Source: the human T2T-CHM13v2.0 reference genome, Homo sapiens. From it: a stretch of DNA of 64,000 nucleotides. Where the stretch lies: assembly GCF_009914755.1 (NCBI RefSeq), contig NC_060925.1; one strand, 5' to 3'. Positions 41,009 through 55,479 of the stretch are shown here, piece by piece. The notes beneath the pieces are model-generated. The model was not told the DNA's origin, searched no databases, and saw only the letters and a program-made list of their open reading frames with translations. Made by a program: the position numbers and the translations under genes. The first letter of the stretch is position 1, and every line of letters starts with the position of its first letter.

Positions 41009-41228
41009 TCTCTTGGGTCTTATGATCTAATTGTACAAGAAAAAGAAAGTACCAGATAGTGATAAGTGGGATGCATTAAGTTTGGGGGAAGCTCTTTTGG
41101 GGAGGTAACATTAAGAGTGATTCCTAAAGAATAAGACAAGCCAGGCATGTAAAGGTCTAGGAGAAAATATTCCCAGAAAGAAGAAAAGGACCTAAAGAGA
41201 TGAAGAAGTCTGTCTGATCTATAGATGC

Positions 41229-41231
<3 letters not shown>

Positions 41232-41280
<49 letters not shown>
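41232..41280 (+). repeat. (AC)24 microsatellite
   Basis: Uninterrupted dinucleotide run. Confidence 0.98.
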
Positions 41281-41284
<4 letters not shown>

Positions 41285-42045
41285 AATATCTGGAGAAATA
41301 TATACCAAGCTATTAATGGTAGTTATCTATTGGTGGTAGAATTCTAAATGTCTAGCTTTTCTGCTTATCTGTATTTTCTAATTTTCTAAAATAAACATAT
41401 TACTTTTATAATTTAAAAACTTATTTTTAAGTTTTAAAGGATTATCATGGATTGACAAGCCCAAGATGGAATGGCATCTTTTGTTTACTAATTGGAAAAT
41501 ATACCTAGCAGGAAACTTTCAGGATTAAATACCAGGTAGAGTCCTGACGAACCTTCAAGTTTGGTCTAGTATTTACTGCATAGAATTTACCCACCAAACA
41601 ATCGTTTTTTCTAACATAATTGAAGTAATTTGGAGTTAAGACAAATATTCCAATTAATCCTATTTTTACATCTAGAAAAACAAGTTCAACAAATTTTAGA
41701 GTTAAGAATTTACTTGGTACAATATGTAAATATATGACAGTTCCAATACTCCATATAAAATCACTTCAAGTCAATTAGCTACTACAAGGGTTACGAAACC
41801 TTCTAAAGAAAATACTTAAAAAAGCAAGTCAAAGACTTTACTAATGCCAAATAATATTTCCTTCTAAGAACAATAAAATGAAAACCGTTTATTTGCAAAT
41901 ATCACTTGTAATTAAACTGTAATAAGATAGCAAAATTTACATTTAATCAGAATACTGTTAACCTGGCAAGAGAAAAAGTCATCTTTTATTCTATATACAA
42001 CTAAATATTTGAGATATTTGAGAATTAAACACTTAGTAATAGTCA

Positions 42046-42081
42046 TTTATTTGGTAAGAAGTATACTTCTTACCAAATAAA
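42046..42081. repeat. Perfect 36-bp palindrome
   Basis: TTTATTTGGTAAGAAGTA|TACTTCTTACCAAATAAA. Confidence 0.95.
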
Positions 42082-42651
42082 ATTCATCTAAATACTTTCC
42101 CCAATATCAAATCAGTAATTTAGGCAATTCTCCCAAGCAACTAAATGTTAATGCCATTCAATATAAAGGTTAGACCAATTTAAAAATAGTCATCTAATTA
42201 CTCTCTTCTATTAATGTTTTAGCAATTTCACAGGAAAACAAGAAAAGAAAATATCTCCAAATAGATCTTGTTATTTTAAGCTTCGGAAGAGGTATTTGGT
42301 ATGCAGAAAATGAATTGTGACCTAGATCTGCCACTGAAATTAGCACCAAGAAAGAACTGCGTTGATTGTAACACATTTTCTATATTACTATCAACTTTCC
42401 AGTGGTATTTCTAACTTGGTCAAGTCTCTGTGGGTTTCACTTATACGAGTTTCACAAAATTCACTTATATGAAAACCATTCAATTAGTCCAACATGGCCC
42501 ATCTCAAAAAAAAACAACAAAAAAAACAAAAAAAGAGAAAACCACTGTATAAAGAAAAGAATCTTACATTGTAATCTCATAAATCAACATGATAAAAATT
42601 TTAAATATGAAGTAAATTTCAATCTATCTTCTCACTAATCCTGTTTTTCAA

Positions 42652-42969
<318 letters not shown>

Positions 42970-43539
42970 TAACTTAGGGTAAGATACAGAAAGCTTGACT
43001 TTTTTTACAGAGAAATTTAAGACTACCCATTTCATACTGGCTAACAAATCTCCATGAGTAAACAAAATTTATTATTGAATTACCGTGGTGGCAACTAATT
43101 GAGAATGGCATATGTATAAACAAGTTATTAAAGGTTATTATCAAACACTGGCCACTGTTGCTTTATGAGAAAAATAACAATTGCCCTGCCTTGAATTTAA
43201 AACGTTATTTGAAAGTCAGTGTCCAAAGTCTTCTTCACAACTTTTCTATTTCTGGTTTTAGCTTTCCAACAGAGAATCTATTCAGCACATTTTTAGTATT
43301 TCCCCATAGTGCAAAAGCTAAAATTTATTGACTACAGTTCTTTACAGAAAAAGAGCCAACCTACACTATACCTGTGATTAAGAAAAACTTTCACCTATCC
43401 AACTGTGTGATTACATATAAAGAGAAATACATAATTCTACAGAGGAAGATACATTCACTTAAGAAACAAATTGCTGGCTGTCTTTAAAAAGGTAACTATT
43501 AATACATGACGTTATTAATAAGATCCTCATATGTGCTAA

Positions 43540-43960
<421 letters not shown>

Positions 43961-44369
43961 TAATTATGGCTTAGAAGTCGGAAAAAAAAAAAAAAGGTAG
44001 TATCTTCAGTTCGTAAAAATCACAGTAGATGAACAAAAGCAAAACAAGTGTAATTGCTTACATCTTATTATTCATGATTTTTTAAAGGACTAAAGTTGTT
44101 TCCTGAAAATAAATTATTTTCAGTCTTCTTGAGAGTTCTTCCAGTTCTATATAAATACCTGACTAAAAAGGAAAAACAAAAAACTACTCATTTTGAAAGC
44201 CAAACATTTGTGAATCATTGTATGTTTTTAACACTGCCTTACTTTACCCACCATCTCTCTATATTATGGTGTTTTAAGAGCGCTGTCTAGGTTTAAATCC
44301 CTGTTCTATAACTTTCTAGTATACTTTCTAGAAGTATACTTTCTAGAACTTTTTTTTCCCTAAGCCTTT

Positions 44370-45140
44370 ACTTTTTTTTTTTTAGAGCAGTTTCAGGTTC
44401 CTAGAACTATAACCACACCTGGCTCCCACAAATGCATAGTCTGTCTCCCTGATTATCATCACCTCCAGCCAGAGTGGAATACTTGTTACAACTGATAAGT
44501 CTACATTGATGCATCATTATTCGCCTGCCCGCAGTCCATGGTTTACATTCAGGTTCACTCTTGTTGTACATTCTGAGGGTTTGGATAAATGTATGACATG
44601 TATCCACCATTAATTAAGTTGCATAAAGAGTAGTTTCACTGTCCTATAAAATGCTCTGTGCTCTGCCTATTCATGCAACCCTCTCTAAAACCCCTAGCAA
44701 CCACTGATCTTTTAACTTTCTTGATAGTTTTGCCTTTTCCAGAGTGTCATATAATTGGAATCATAAAATGTGCAGCCTTTTCAGGATGGCTTCTTTCACT
44801 TGGTAATATGCATTTAAGGTTCCTCCATGTCTTTTTATGGCTTGATAGCTCATTTCTTTTTAGCACTGAATAATATTCTACTGTCTGGATGTACCACAGT
44901 TTATCCATTTACCTACTGAAGGACATTTTGATTGCTTCCAAGTTTTGGTAACTATGAATAAACCTATTATGAACACCTATCTACAGGTTTTTGTGTGGAC
45001 ACAAATTTTCAGCTCCTCGGGGTAAATATCAAAGAGTATGACTGCTGGATCGTATAGTATGTTTAGTTTTGTTAAGAAACTGCCAAACTGTCTTCCAAAG
45101 TGGCTGTATCATTTTGTATTCCCAACAATAATGAATGAGA
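44370..45140 (-). mobile_element. L1MC-like 3' fragment
   Basis: ttttgccttttccagagtgtcatataattggaatcata...aagaaactgccaaactgtcttccaaagtggctgt. Confidence 0.8.
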
Positions 45141-45489
45141 TAGCATATCTTTTTGCAAGTTAATTCTTTGCACTGCTTCTCATTGGTAAAACCGGAGGAA
45201 AGAACAGTATCTCATTATAAAATTAGTGTGCAGAGTAAATGAAAAACGCATGTGAAGTACTTATAATAGTCCTAGAACATAATAAATACTCAATACATCA
45301 TAACTACTATTATTGCCAAAAACAGTTGAATTCTAGAGGCAGTAGAGTGTACTATTTAAGATAAGAACAGGTGCTGTACTGTTAGATAGACCTAAGTCAA
45401 TGTCCCAGCTCTTATTGTTTACTAAGGTCTCTGGGTAAGCTCATAAATCTCTTTAAATCTAAATTTTCTCATCTTAAAATGTTATAATA

Positions 45490-45800
45490 GGCCAGGTACA
45501 GTGCCTCATGCCTGTAATCCCAGCACTTTGGGAGACTGAGGCAGGAAGACTGCTAGAGTCCAGGAATTCAAGACCAGCCTGAGCAACACAGCAGGACCCC
45601 ATTTTTACAAAAAAAAAAAAAAAAAAAAAGTTAGCTGGGCTTGGCGGTGCATGCCTGTAGTCCTAGCTGCAGGAGTGAGCTAGGCTTAGCTACAGGCTGA
45701 GGTGGGAGGATCGCTTGAGCCCAGGAGTTCGAGGTTACAGTGAGCTATAATCACTTCACTACACTCCAGCCTGGGCAACCCCGTCTCAGAAAAAACAAAA
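45490..45800 (+). mobile_element. Alu (J-like), inserted in a MIR
   Basis: Dimer; MIR core sequence on both sides. Confidence 0.88.
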
Positions 45801-46793
45801 AGTTATTAATTCTAGAGTCTATCTCACAGAGTTATTTTAAGAATTAAATGAGACAATGACTATAAGGCCCTCATCACAATATGTGACACACAATAAGTCT
45901 CTTATCATCTTGATTATCAAGAGAAACACATAAGAAAGATCTCTGAAAGAGGAAAGAAAACGTATTTGCCAAATGTCTAATAGGGACCATATATGTTATT
46001 TTATTTTAATCCTCAAACCAATGAAGTACGGAGAAAGAAACAGCCTGAAACAAGATATGTAATTTATATTAGGTCACAAAGCTAGTACACAACAGCCAAG
46101 ATTCAAACTTCTCACCTATCTGACTCCAAAACAAATTCTTCTAACATACTGCACCCTACACTCTCTTCCTTTCCGCCTCCACTATCAGACATCTCCCTGC
46201 AACACTCCCATTAGATGATCAACTAAGATTATCTGGTTACAATTAATGGACCTGAGGTAGCTTGGAATAAAGGGAGTATTACTTCAACAAATATCTTACT
46301 TAGTGCCATTTCAAAAGTTTTCGTGCCCTTAAAGGTGTTTTTGCCTCTCTCAGGGTGAGCAGGGAAAAATATTAGTCCCTACAGTTGTTGTTCTGATAAA
46401 TAAGATTGTTTATTTCAATTCCCTTATAATCCCAATAATTCTCCATTGCTAACATCAAAAAGAAGTGTTTCTGGACTTAAAATCCCTGCTTTTTGACATG
46501 AGAGAAAATTTCCATTAAACATCTGGCTCAGGAACACTTACACTCGGTGATAGCAGTTAGGCAACTGGTCAAGAGTAAAAAAAAAAAAAAAAAAATGAGA
46601 TAAGAAAGATGACTCACAAGAGCATACATATGAGCAATCCGGTCATGTAATGACATTGGAGAAGACAGCCTATGGGGGCTGTCCTTCCTTTCTTTCCTTT
46701 TTAACAACATATTAAAATCATGAATTTACTAAGAATAATTAAAAAGAAGCATTACTTCTTTTCATGGATTTTTAAGGAAGTATGTTTGTCCTA

Positions 46794-47048
46794 TTTTTTT
46801 TTTTGAAACGGAGTCTGACTCTGTCGACCAGGCTGGAATGCAAGTGGCGCAATCTCAGCTCAGTGCAACCTCCGCCTTCCAGGTTCAAGTGATTCTCCTG
46901 CCTCAGCCTCCCAAGTAGCCCAGCTAATTTTTTGTATTTTTCGTAGAGACAGGGTTTCACCATGTTGACTAGGCTGGTGTCAAACTCCCGACCTCGTGAT
47001 TTGCCCACCTTGGTCTGGGAATACAGGCATGAGCCACCGCGCCCGGCC
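46794..47048 (-). mobile_element. Alu (S-like, internally deleted)
   Basis: Reverse Alu; TSD tgtcctat. Confidence 0.88.
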
Positions 47049-47499
47049 TGTCCTATGTTTTTATGAGCAATAAGAGGGAGAGAAAAAAATTAAGATTTCA
47101 AAACACATAGGTAACCTCCAGTTTAGTTACACTCAAGCTTATTCCCTATAAGAAATAAAAACAGCATTTAAATATCTCTGTTAAATAATCAACCCCAGTG
47201 TGCATAGCAGAAAGAGAGGTCAACTGGGCCATGAGGGAAAAAAATTGAGTTCTGTATTCAGCTCTATCACCAACTAAAAAATTTTAAGCATTTCACTTCA
47301 TCTCTCTGAAAATCACTTCTTTCTGTTTTAAAGATGAACAAGTTTACCCTAGCATTTACAGATTAAATTTTTGTTTCAACTGTTTATGAACAACTCCAAA
47401 TGTCTGAGATTGTAATAATTTGTAATTAGTCTCCACATGAATTCAGATTAAATACTGTTGAACTGCTGTGCAGGAAGGAACATGTCTCTTAAGTGAACT

Positions 47500-47733
47500 C
47501 AAGGGTGGCAAACTTCTCTAAAGAGCCGAACAGCAGGCTTTGCAGGTCTTATGGTCTCTGTCTCAATTACTGTATTCTGCTACTGTAGTGCAAAAACTAC
47601 CATAGACAATATATATGAATGAACAGAGCTATATTCCAATAAAGCTTTATTTCTGGACACAGTTTAAATTTCGTATGATTTCCATGCGCTACAAGGTCGT
47701 TCCAACTATTTTAAATTGTAAAAACCATTGTTA
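47500..47733. mobile_element. MER58-like hAT element
   Basis: caagggtggcaaacttctctaaag...ggctttgcaggtc...ccatagacaat...ttccaataaagctttattt. Confidence 0.65.
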
Positions 47734-48019
47734 GGCCAGGCACAGTGGCTCATGCCTGTAATCCCAGCACTTGTGGGAGGCACATCACCTGAGGTCAGGA
47801 GTTTGAGACCAGTCTGGCCAACATGGTGAAACCCCATCTCTACTAAAAATACAAAATTAGCTGGGTGTGGTGGTGGGCGCCTGTAATCCCAGCTACTCAG
47901 GAGGCTGAGGCATAAGATTCCCATGAACCCAGGAGGTGGAGGTTGCACTGAGCTGAGATCACACCACTGCACTCCAGCCTGGCACAGAGCAAGACTCTGT
48001 CTCAAAAAAAAAAAAAAAA
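47734..48019 (+). mobile_element. Alu (S-like)
   Basis: Dimer; TSD aaaaa(c/t)cattgtta. Confidence 0.92.
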
Positions 48020-48388
48020 TCATTGTTACATTACAGGTTGTACTGATTTTTGAAAAAAGTGCAAAAGCAATTCAATGGAAGATTAATCTTTTCAACAAAA
48101 GGTGCTAGAGCAACTGGATATCCTTAGGCAAGAAGAAAAAAAATGGCGACCTAAACCTCACACCTGTACAAAATTAACTCAAATGGATGACAGATTAAAA
48201 TACAAAAGTTAAAATTATAAAACTTTTAGAAGAAAACAAAGGAGAAAATCTTTGGGATCTAGGACTTGGTATGTTAGATATGATGCCAAAAACATGATCC
48301 ATTAAAGAAAAAAAAAAACTTAGTAAATTGGATATCAACAAAATTTAAAATTTTTGCTCTGTGAAGTATCCCACTGAGAAGGTAGAAA

Positions 48389-49495
<1,107 letters not shown>

Positions 49496-49809
49496 AAATT
49501 CAATTAGAAAATAGGCAAAAGGTATAAAGAGACACTTTACTGACCAGGATATATAGACAGCAAATGATGATATGAAAAGATGTGTATTATCACTAGCCAT
49601 TTGGGAAATGCAAATTAAGATCATGATGATGTATCACCACACGTCTATTAAAATTGCTAAAATAAAAATAGTGACAATACCAGATACTGGCAAGAATGTG
49701 GAGAAAATGGATTTCTCTTACACCGCTGACAGGAATGTAAAATGGTACCGACACTCCAGAAAATACTTTGGCAGTATCTTAAAAAACAAACAAACAAAAT
49801 AAATATATA

Positions 49810-50142
49810 TAGTCATCCTTGGTATCCATGGAGGATTGGTTCCAGAGCCTCCCAGGGCAACAAAATCCAAGATGATCAAGTCCTTCATATAAAATGGCAT
49901 AATAATTGCTTATAACCTATGCACATCCTCCCCTATATTTTAAATCATCTCCAGATTATTTATACCTAATACAATGTACATGCTATATAAATAATTGTTA
50001 TACTGTATTGTTTAGGGAACAGTGACAAGAAAAAAAAAGTCTGCACAAGTCCAGTACAGACAATGTTTTTTTGAAAATATTTTCAATCCCAGGTTGGCTG
50101 AATCCATTGATGTGGAACCCATGGATACAGAGGGCTAATTGT
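49810..50142. mobile_element. MER2 (TcMar-Tigger) element
   Basis: Inverted ends agtcatccttggtatccatgg ... ccatggatacagagggctaattg. Confidence 0.85.
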
Positions 50143-50869
50143 ATTTACCATACGACCAAAGAAATGAAAAGTTACATGCACACAAAAACCTGAACACCAA
50201 TTTTCATAGAAGCTCTATCTATAATAGCCAAAAACTAGAAATAATCAAAATGTCCTTTCTTATACGGGAATGATTCAATAGGTGAACCATGGTACATCCA
50301 TACCATGGAACACTATTCGGCAATGAAAAAGAGGGATGGATCTCAGGGACATCACACTGAGTGAAAAAGGGCAATCTCCAAAGATCACATACTGTATGAT
50401 TCAACTTATATAATAGTCTCAAAATGACAAAACAGGTTAGTGGCTGCCAGAGGACAGGGACAGTAGAGAGACAGAGGGAGTGCCTAAGGCTGTAAAGGGT
50501 TTGTGGTGGTGGAACAGTTCTGTATCTTGATTGTAGTGGTGGTTACACTAATCTACATATGATAAAATAGCATATAACTACATATACATTGTACCAATGT
50601 CAATTTCCTGGTGTTGATATTATACAATAGTTATGTAAGATGTAGCCACTGAGGGAAACTGGTAAAAGGTAAGGACTTGACTATGTTTGCAATTTCCTGT
50701 GAATCATTAATTATCTAAAAAAAAAAAACAGTTAAAATAGTTTCCAAAAATATGAGGATAAGCGAAGGAAGGACATAGCTTTGTAAGTAACAAGAATCTG
50801 CCCACTCTCCTTATTAATCTTAGAGTTGTTTTAGGGACCATGCATAATAAAATAATAAAGGCCGGTTTT

Positions 50870-51090
50870 AAGTAAGTGCCTACAATGAGCCAGGCACTGC
50901 TGTAAGTACTTTCACACAATGCCCTATTTAATCCACACAAGTTCCTTATAAATGAAATACCACAACCCCATTTTATAGACAGGAAAAGTGCAGTTGAGAG
51001 AGGGTAAAGCAATTTGTTCAGGCTCACACAGTAAGTGTTAGAGCCATGATTTAAACTCAGATTAATACCAGAGGCATGCCTCCTGCATAC
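50870..51090 (-). mobile_element. MIR
   Basis: ccaggcactgctgtaagtactttcac...ccccattttatagacaggaaa. Confidence 0.7.
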
Positions 51091-51414
51091 CACTGTAACA
51101 ATAAAGATGTTCAGAGGACAAAAAAGATATCAGTCAAACTATGTGCAAAAGCCTGGATTAAACAAAGTTAAACCAGTTTATTTTCTGTAGGGTTTTCAAA
51201 ACTTTTAAAATGCCAGTTTGCCAATTCATGTTACATATGTAGAAGGCTACAGTACACAGTTTTTCTCAAATGTATTTGACCAAAAAATTCTTTTTCACCC
51301 AAAATATAGTTTGGGTATATAATCCAACAATCTCTCAGCCAAAAGTTAAAATGTTTAAATGGGCTTATCTTAACCCACTTCTCTTCTTCACATGTTGGCA
51401 AACTACAGATATTT

Positions 51415-51615
51415 AGAGTGGTGTTGTCCAGTGTGGTAGCCACTAGCCATATGTGACTAATTATAAATTAATTAGAATTAAATAAAATCAAAATTTCAGT
51501 TCCTCAATCATGCCACATTTCAAGTCTGTTCAGGAACCACATACGGCTACCATATTGGTCAGCACAAATACAGAAAATTTCCATCATCTGAGAAAGTTCT
51601 ATCAGTCAGCATTAG
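51415..51615. mobile_element. MER33/MER3-like hAT element
   Basis: gtggtagccactagccatatgtgacta...ccacatttcaag...ccatattgg. Confidence 0.7.
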
Positions 51616-52049
51616 GTCAGAAGTGTGTTTTTTAAAGAACATGGGGCCTGTGCAATCTTCAGAGAAAGATTGTAAATTATTACACATGTTATTGCCACTA
51701 TCCCCCATAAAACGGGGCCAGGTCAGAGATCCTCGATGATATAAAGCCACTGTAATGTCAAAGCACAGGGAAAAGGTAAACAAAGGAGTGGAAAAAATGA
51801 ATAGCAGGAAGAGAAAGCAACATCATGAAGCCTGGAGATGAAGCTTGAAGCAGGATTCAGGAGCCTGGGTTCTACTGCCTGTTATGCCAATATTCACCTT
51901 TTTAAAAAATATTTAATTTTTTTGCACTTCATGCGAATTAACTGTGATTTGATTGAACAGGCCTCTTTACTACTTTGGGCCTCAGTTTCCTTTTCTACAA
52001 TACAAATTTAAGCCAGAGGATCACTAATTCCCTCTAGTTCTGTACAGTT

Positions 52050-52052
<3 letters not shown>

Positions 52053-52085
<33 letters not shown>
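52053..52085 (+). repeat. (AC)16 microsatellite
   Basis: Uninterrupted dinucleotide run. Confidence 0.97.
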
Positions 52086-52086
<1 letters not shown>

Positions 52087-53379
52087 GAAATGAGAAAGTA
52101 GGGAATAAAAGTAAAAATAAAAAGAGAGCAAGATCATTGCATATTGGTGGTGAAAACTGGCAGTCCTGTCATCTTGCCACAAGTTCTACTCCCAAGATTT
52201 GGATGCCACCAAATGAATAAAAATTTAATGCTATTCAATAAATACTTATTGAGCAATTATTTGCAACGAACTACAGTATTCGGAAATAGCACCACCAAAA
52301 AAAATGATTAGCCTTAAGACTCAATACGTGGAAAGAATGCAAGACTCACAAAACTTTAGGTTGAAAGATTGCCTCATTAACATGTAATAACCTAACTGGT
52401 CCAGTACTAAGAAACAAGTATTTCAAATATTCCTGAGGAAAAACAACTAGTAAATTATATAAAATAATATATAAAGTACAAACATACGGCATAATCAAAA
52501 GCATCACATTTCTTCCACAAAGAATATAAATAAATGCTACAGGTACTTGGGAACAGGAAGACATCAGTTCTGGCCAATCTAATTTTTCTAGAATCCACAT
52601 TTAATTGGATACTCTGACATTTTCTAGTAAAATATTCTTGAGGGCTATTGGAATTAACAGATCCACAAAGTGTGCTAGACAGAATCAAATGCAACTGAAA
52701 TTCCGGCCTCTACTATCTACTGCACAAATTCCCACTTTTCAGAGGCACTGTTGGTCCTATTTCCTAGTATCAAAGGGTAGAGAAAACCTTCCACATGCCT
52801 ATTCTAAGAATTTAAATAGCTAATATGAAAACTTTAAAATGATTTTTACCTCTAGATTAAAAAGAACCAAGATAAACTGCGTCTGATATTTTACCTTGCA
52901 GAAGCTAAGTCAACCAGTGAGTCGTGTAACCTTTATATGAATTCCCTCCTGAAAGACTGGAACCATACCCCTGACTATTCTGGAGCAAGGGAGAGCAGAT
53001 AACTAAAGCTCTCCAGCAAGCAAAACAAGGAGAAGGGATTTTAGGAACATGCCTTTTCTTTGGAAAGGCATTTTTTAGTACCCCACCTACTAATCTAACG
53101 CGGCGCGGAAACCTTGCAGAATTTGAAAACAAATGCTGAGAGGCTCCGGGGGACCGGTAAAGGGATTAGCAACTGACAGCTCGGCCTCGGAGCGAGAAGC
53201 CTCAAGTAGTTAGATCAAACCGTGTCAACGATCTGAAATCCAGGGTCCACCCCAGTGAGCTTAGAGAAGTACAGCAGCAGAAGGTAAGCAGGGGTTTGGC
53301 GTCTTTCAGTCCTAAAGATGCGGGATATCGGAACTGAGAGAGACCTAGAACCCAAGCCGGGCAGTTTGCCTGCTCTCAC

Positions 53380-54082
53380 CTCTCTTGGGGGCTTTGATCA
53401 GAGGCACCCCTCCAGTCCTCTCGCCGTTTTCCTGCTTGTCCTTGTGCTTGAGATCGGTTCCGCAGGAGCTGGGATCACCATCGGGGCCGCGGTGGTGATG
53501 GTGCTTGTGCCGCTCCTTGTGGCCCTTATGCTTGGGCCCGGCCGCGCTCACCGTCAGAGGCGAGAAGGTGAAGAGGGCCGAGGTGCTTGGGGCCGGGAGA
53601 GGGGCAGCGACAGCGGGCCCGGCGGGTGCCAGCGAAGGTGGCGGCGGAGGCGGCAGGAGAAGAGGCTCAACAGGGCCTGGGACAGTTGGGGCTGCATTCG
53701 TTGGCGGCAGCGGCCCAGGATGTTGGCGGCTGCGACGCCGCCGGTGAGGGGGAGCGAGAGGGGGCTCCTGGCTCGGCCGCCCCCGCTTCTCCTGAGACCC
53801 CCCACTGCTAGATCGGCGCTGCCGTTTAACTCCCCGCGGGGAGACCCCAGCATGAGGTTTCTCCTTCCCCTCTTTGTCCGGCTCCTCCTGCGCCGCCACC
53901 GCCCGTACTACGCGCACCGCTCCGACCTGCGCAGCCATTTCACCCACAAACACACATTTAAATGGCCCGACCGCCCCCCCGTCCGCGCATCGCGCAAGCG
54001 CCGCCCGCGCACTGCCCGCTGGGCATTGGAGTCTCTCCTCCGCCCTCCACTTGTCGGCCGTTCTTCGTCCAGAGATGAACAT
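53380..54082 (-). CDS. RSBN1: RSBN1 exon 1 coding part (MFISGRRTADKW...poly-Pro...HKHHHH...APKR)
   Basis: ATG at 54082-54080, donor AG|GTGAGA at 53380; 703 nt (phase 1); joined to exons 2-7 gives an uninterrupted 802-aa ORF recognised as RSBN1. Confidence 0.96.
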
Positions 54083-54169
54083 GCCGGAAGCGGCCGTTCC
54101 CAGCTTTTCTCCGCAGGCCTCTCCAACCGAGCTTCTATTGTAAAGCACCCTATGCCGCGCAAAGCGTCA

Positions 54170-54182
54170 TGGGAGCTGTAGT
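54170..54182 (-). promoter_or_regulatory. ZNF143/THAP11-type ACTACAnnTCCCA motif
   Basis: Minus strand reads ACTACAGCTCCCA, an exact match, ~90 bp upstream of the RSBN1 ATG. Confidence 0.8.
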
Positions 54183-54965
54183 TCCGCCGCGCCCCCGCCG
54201 CGTCCCCGGCTCTGAGTGGAGGAGTGGAAAGGGAGCGTGCGCGAAGTCACGCTTCTGGCTGCGACGCAACCGCCGCTGGGCGGTGAGTTGCCGCCAACCG
54301 CCCTAACGGCCGAAACAATGTTAATGGCTTTCAGAGTCTGGCGGCGCGTTCCCATTATCATCTTCCTGTGACCCTTCCTCATTTTACACGGAGGAGGTGG
54401 TCTCCACAGTGATTTTAAATTTAATATTTCTCTCATAACCTTTGTGAGATAAAAGAATCTTCATCCTTTTAACTTTGACGAGGGATGAAATGAAGGTGAA
54501 AAGAGGATTTAGTAATATGTAAAATAAGGGTGGTTTTGCTGTAAAAATATGATAGGGCCGCAATTCAGAAATGTTTTCAAGCATCTGGGGCATTGCTATG
54601 GTTACAACTACAGGCCTACGAAGTCAGGTGCGAGAACTGCTTGGAGTCCTGGTGAGGACGGCCCCTCCTCGCCATCCGGCCACATCCCCTCTAATGCCTG
54701 GAAATGTCCAGCATTTATTTTGAATATATCCCTACAGTTGCGAAAAATTGTAGATGGAAAACCACGTTTAAGATTTTTTATAAGTTTTTTTTTTTCAAAT
54801 CTTAAGGATAAGATTGCATAAATTTGAAAAGTGTGCCTACCGGAGAACACACCAAAAATCATCACTGCTCACTACGGATAGTTGTTGCTCAGAAATTCAT
54901 TTAGAATTTCATCCTCGCTTTAGCTTTTACCTGGGGTTCTTTTAAGTATTTATTTAGAGACGGGC

Positions 54966-55320
54966 GGGGCGGGGCTCGGTGTCTCAGGCCGGTAATCCCA
55001 GAGCTTTGGGAGGCCGAGGCGGGAGGATTGCATGAGGCCAGGAGTTCCAGATCAGCGTTGGTAACATAGTGAGCCTCTGTCCCTACAAAAGTATTTTTTA
55101 AATTATCTGGGTGTCGTGACACGCGCCTGTAGTCCCAGGTACTCGTGAGGCTAAGGTGGGAGGAGTGGTCGCGCCACTGCACTCTGGCCTGGGTGACAGA
55201 TCTAGACCCTGACTCTTAAAAAAAAGAGACAAGGTCTCGCTCTGTTGACCAGGCTGGCCTCCAACTCCTGGGCTCAAGGAATGAGTAGCTGGGTCTACAG
55301 ATGCACTCATGGTGCCCTAA
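54966..55320. mobile_element. Plus-strand Alu (54966-55225) abutting a minus-strand Alu monomer (55226-55320)
   Basis: Forward Alu with internal deletion, then reverse gagacaaggtctcgctctgttgaccaggctgg. Confidence 0.8.
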
Positions 55321-55479
55321 GTAACTCATGGTTACCTAGAATTCTTTTAGTATATTTGTTTATTGATAAAGACATTTGGAAGTAATTGATTACAATGATA
55401 TATACTCAGCAGATAAAATTACTGTGGTTTGATTTCACTAGTTTCTGGAGAAGTATTACCTAAACACTACTGCAATGAA

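Larger units (their letters stand above)
53090..54400. promoter_or_regulatory. CpG island / RSBN1 (bidirectional) promoter
   Basis: CpG-dense block spanning exon 1; ETS site CCGGAAG at 54084-54090. Confidence 0.9.

Noticed and set aside
52900-53289. + strand acceptor at ~52899 and strong donor AAG|GTAAGC at 53283 in RSBN1 intron 1
   Set aside because: No evident partner exon or promoter; isolated consensus sites are common
54083-54148. 22-codon upstream in-frame extension of RSBN1 in the ORF track
   Set aside because: Starts at a non-ATG codon within the likely core promoter; probably not in most transcripts
53318-54181. 287-aa + strand ORF antisense to RSBN1 exon 1
   Set aside because: GC-rich CpG-island sequence opposite a real coding exon is stop-poor; no recognisable domain
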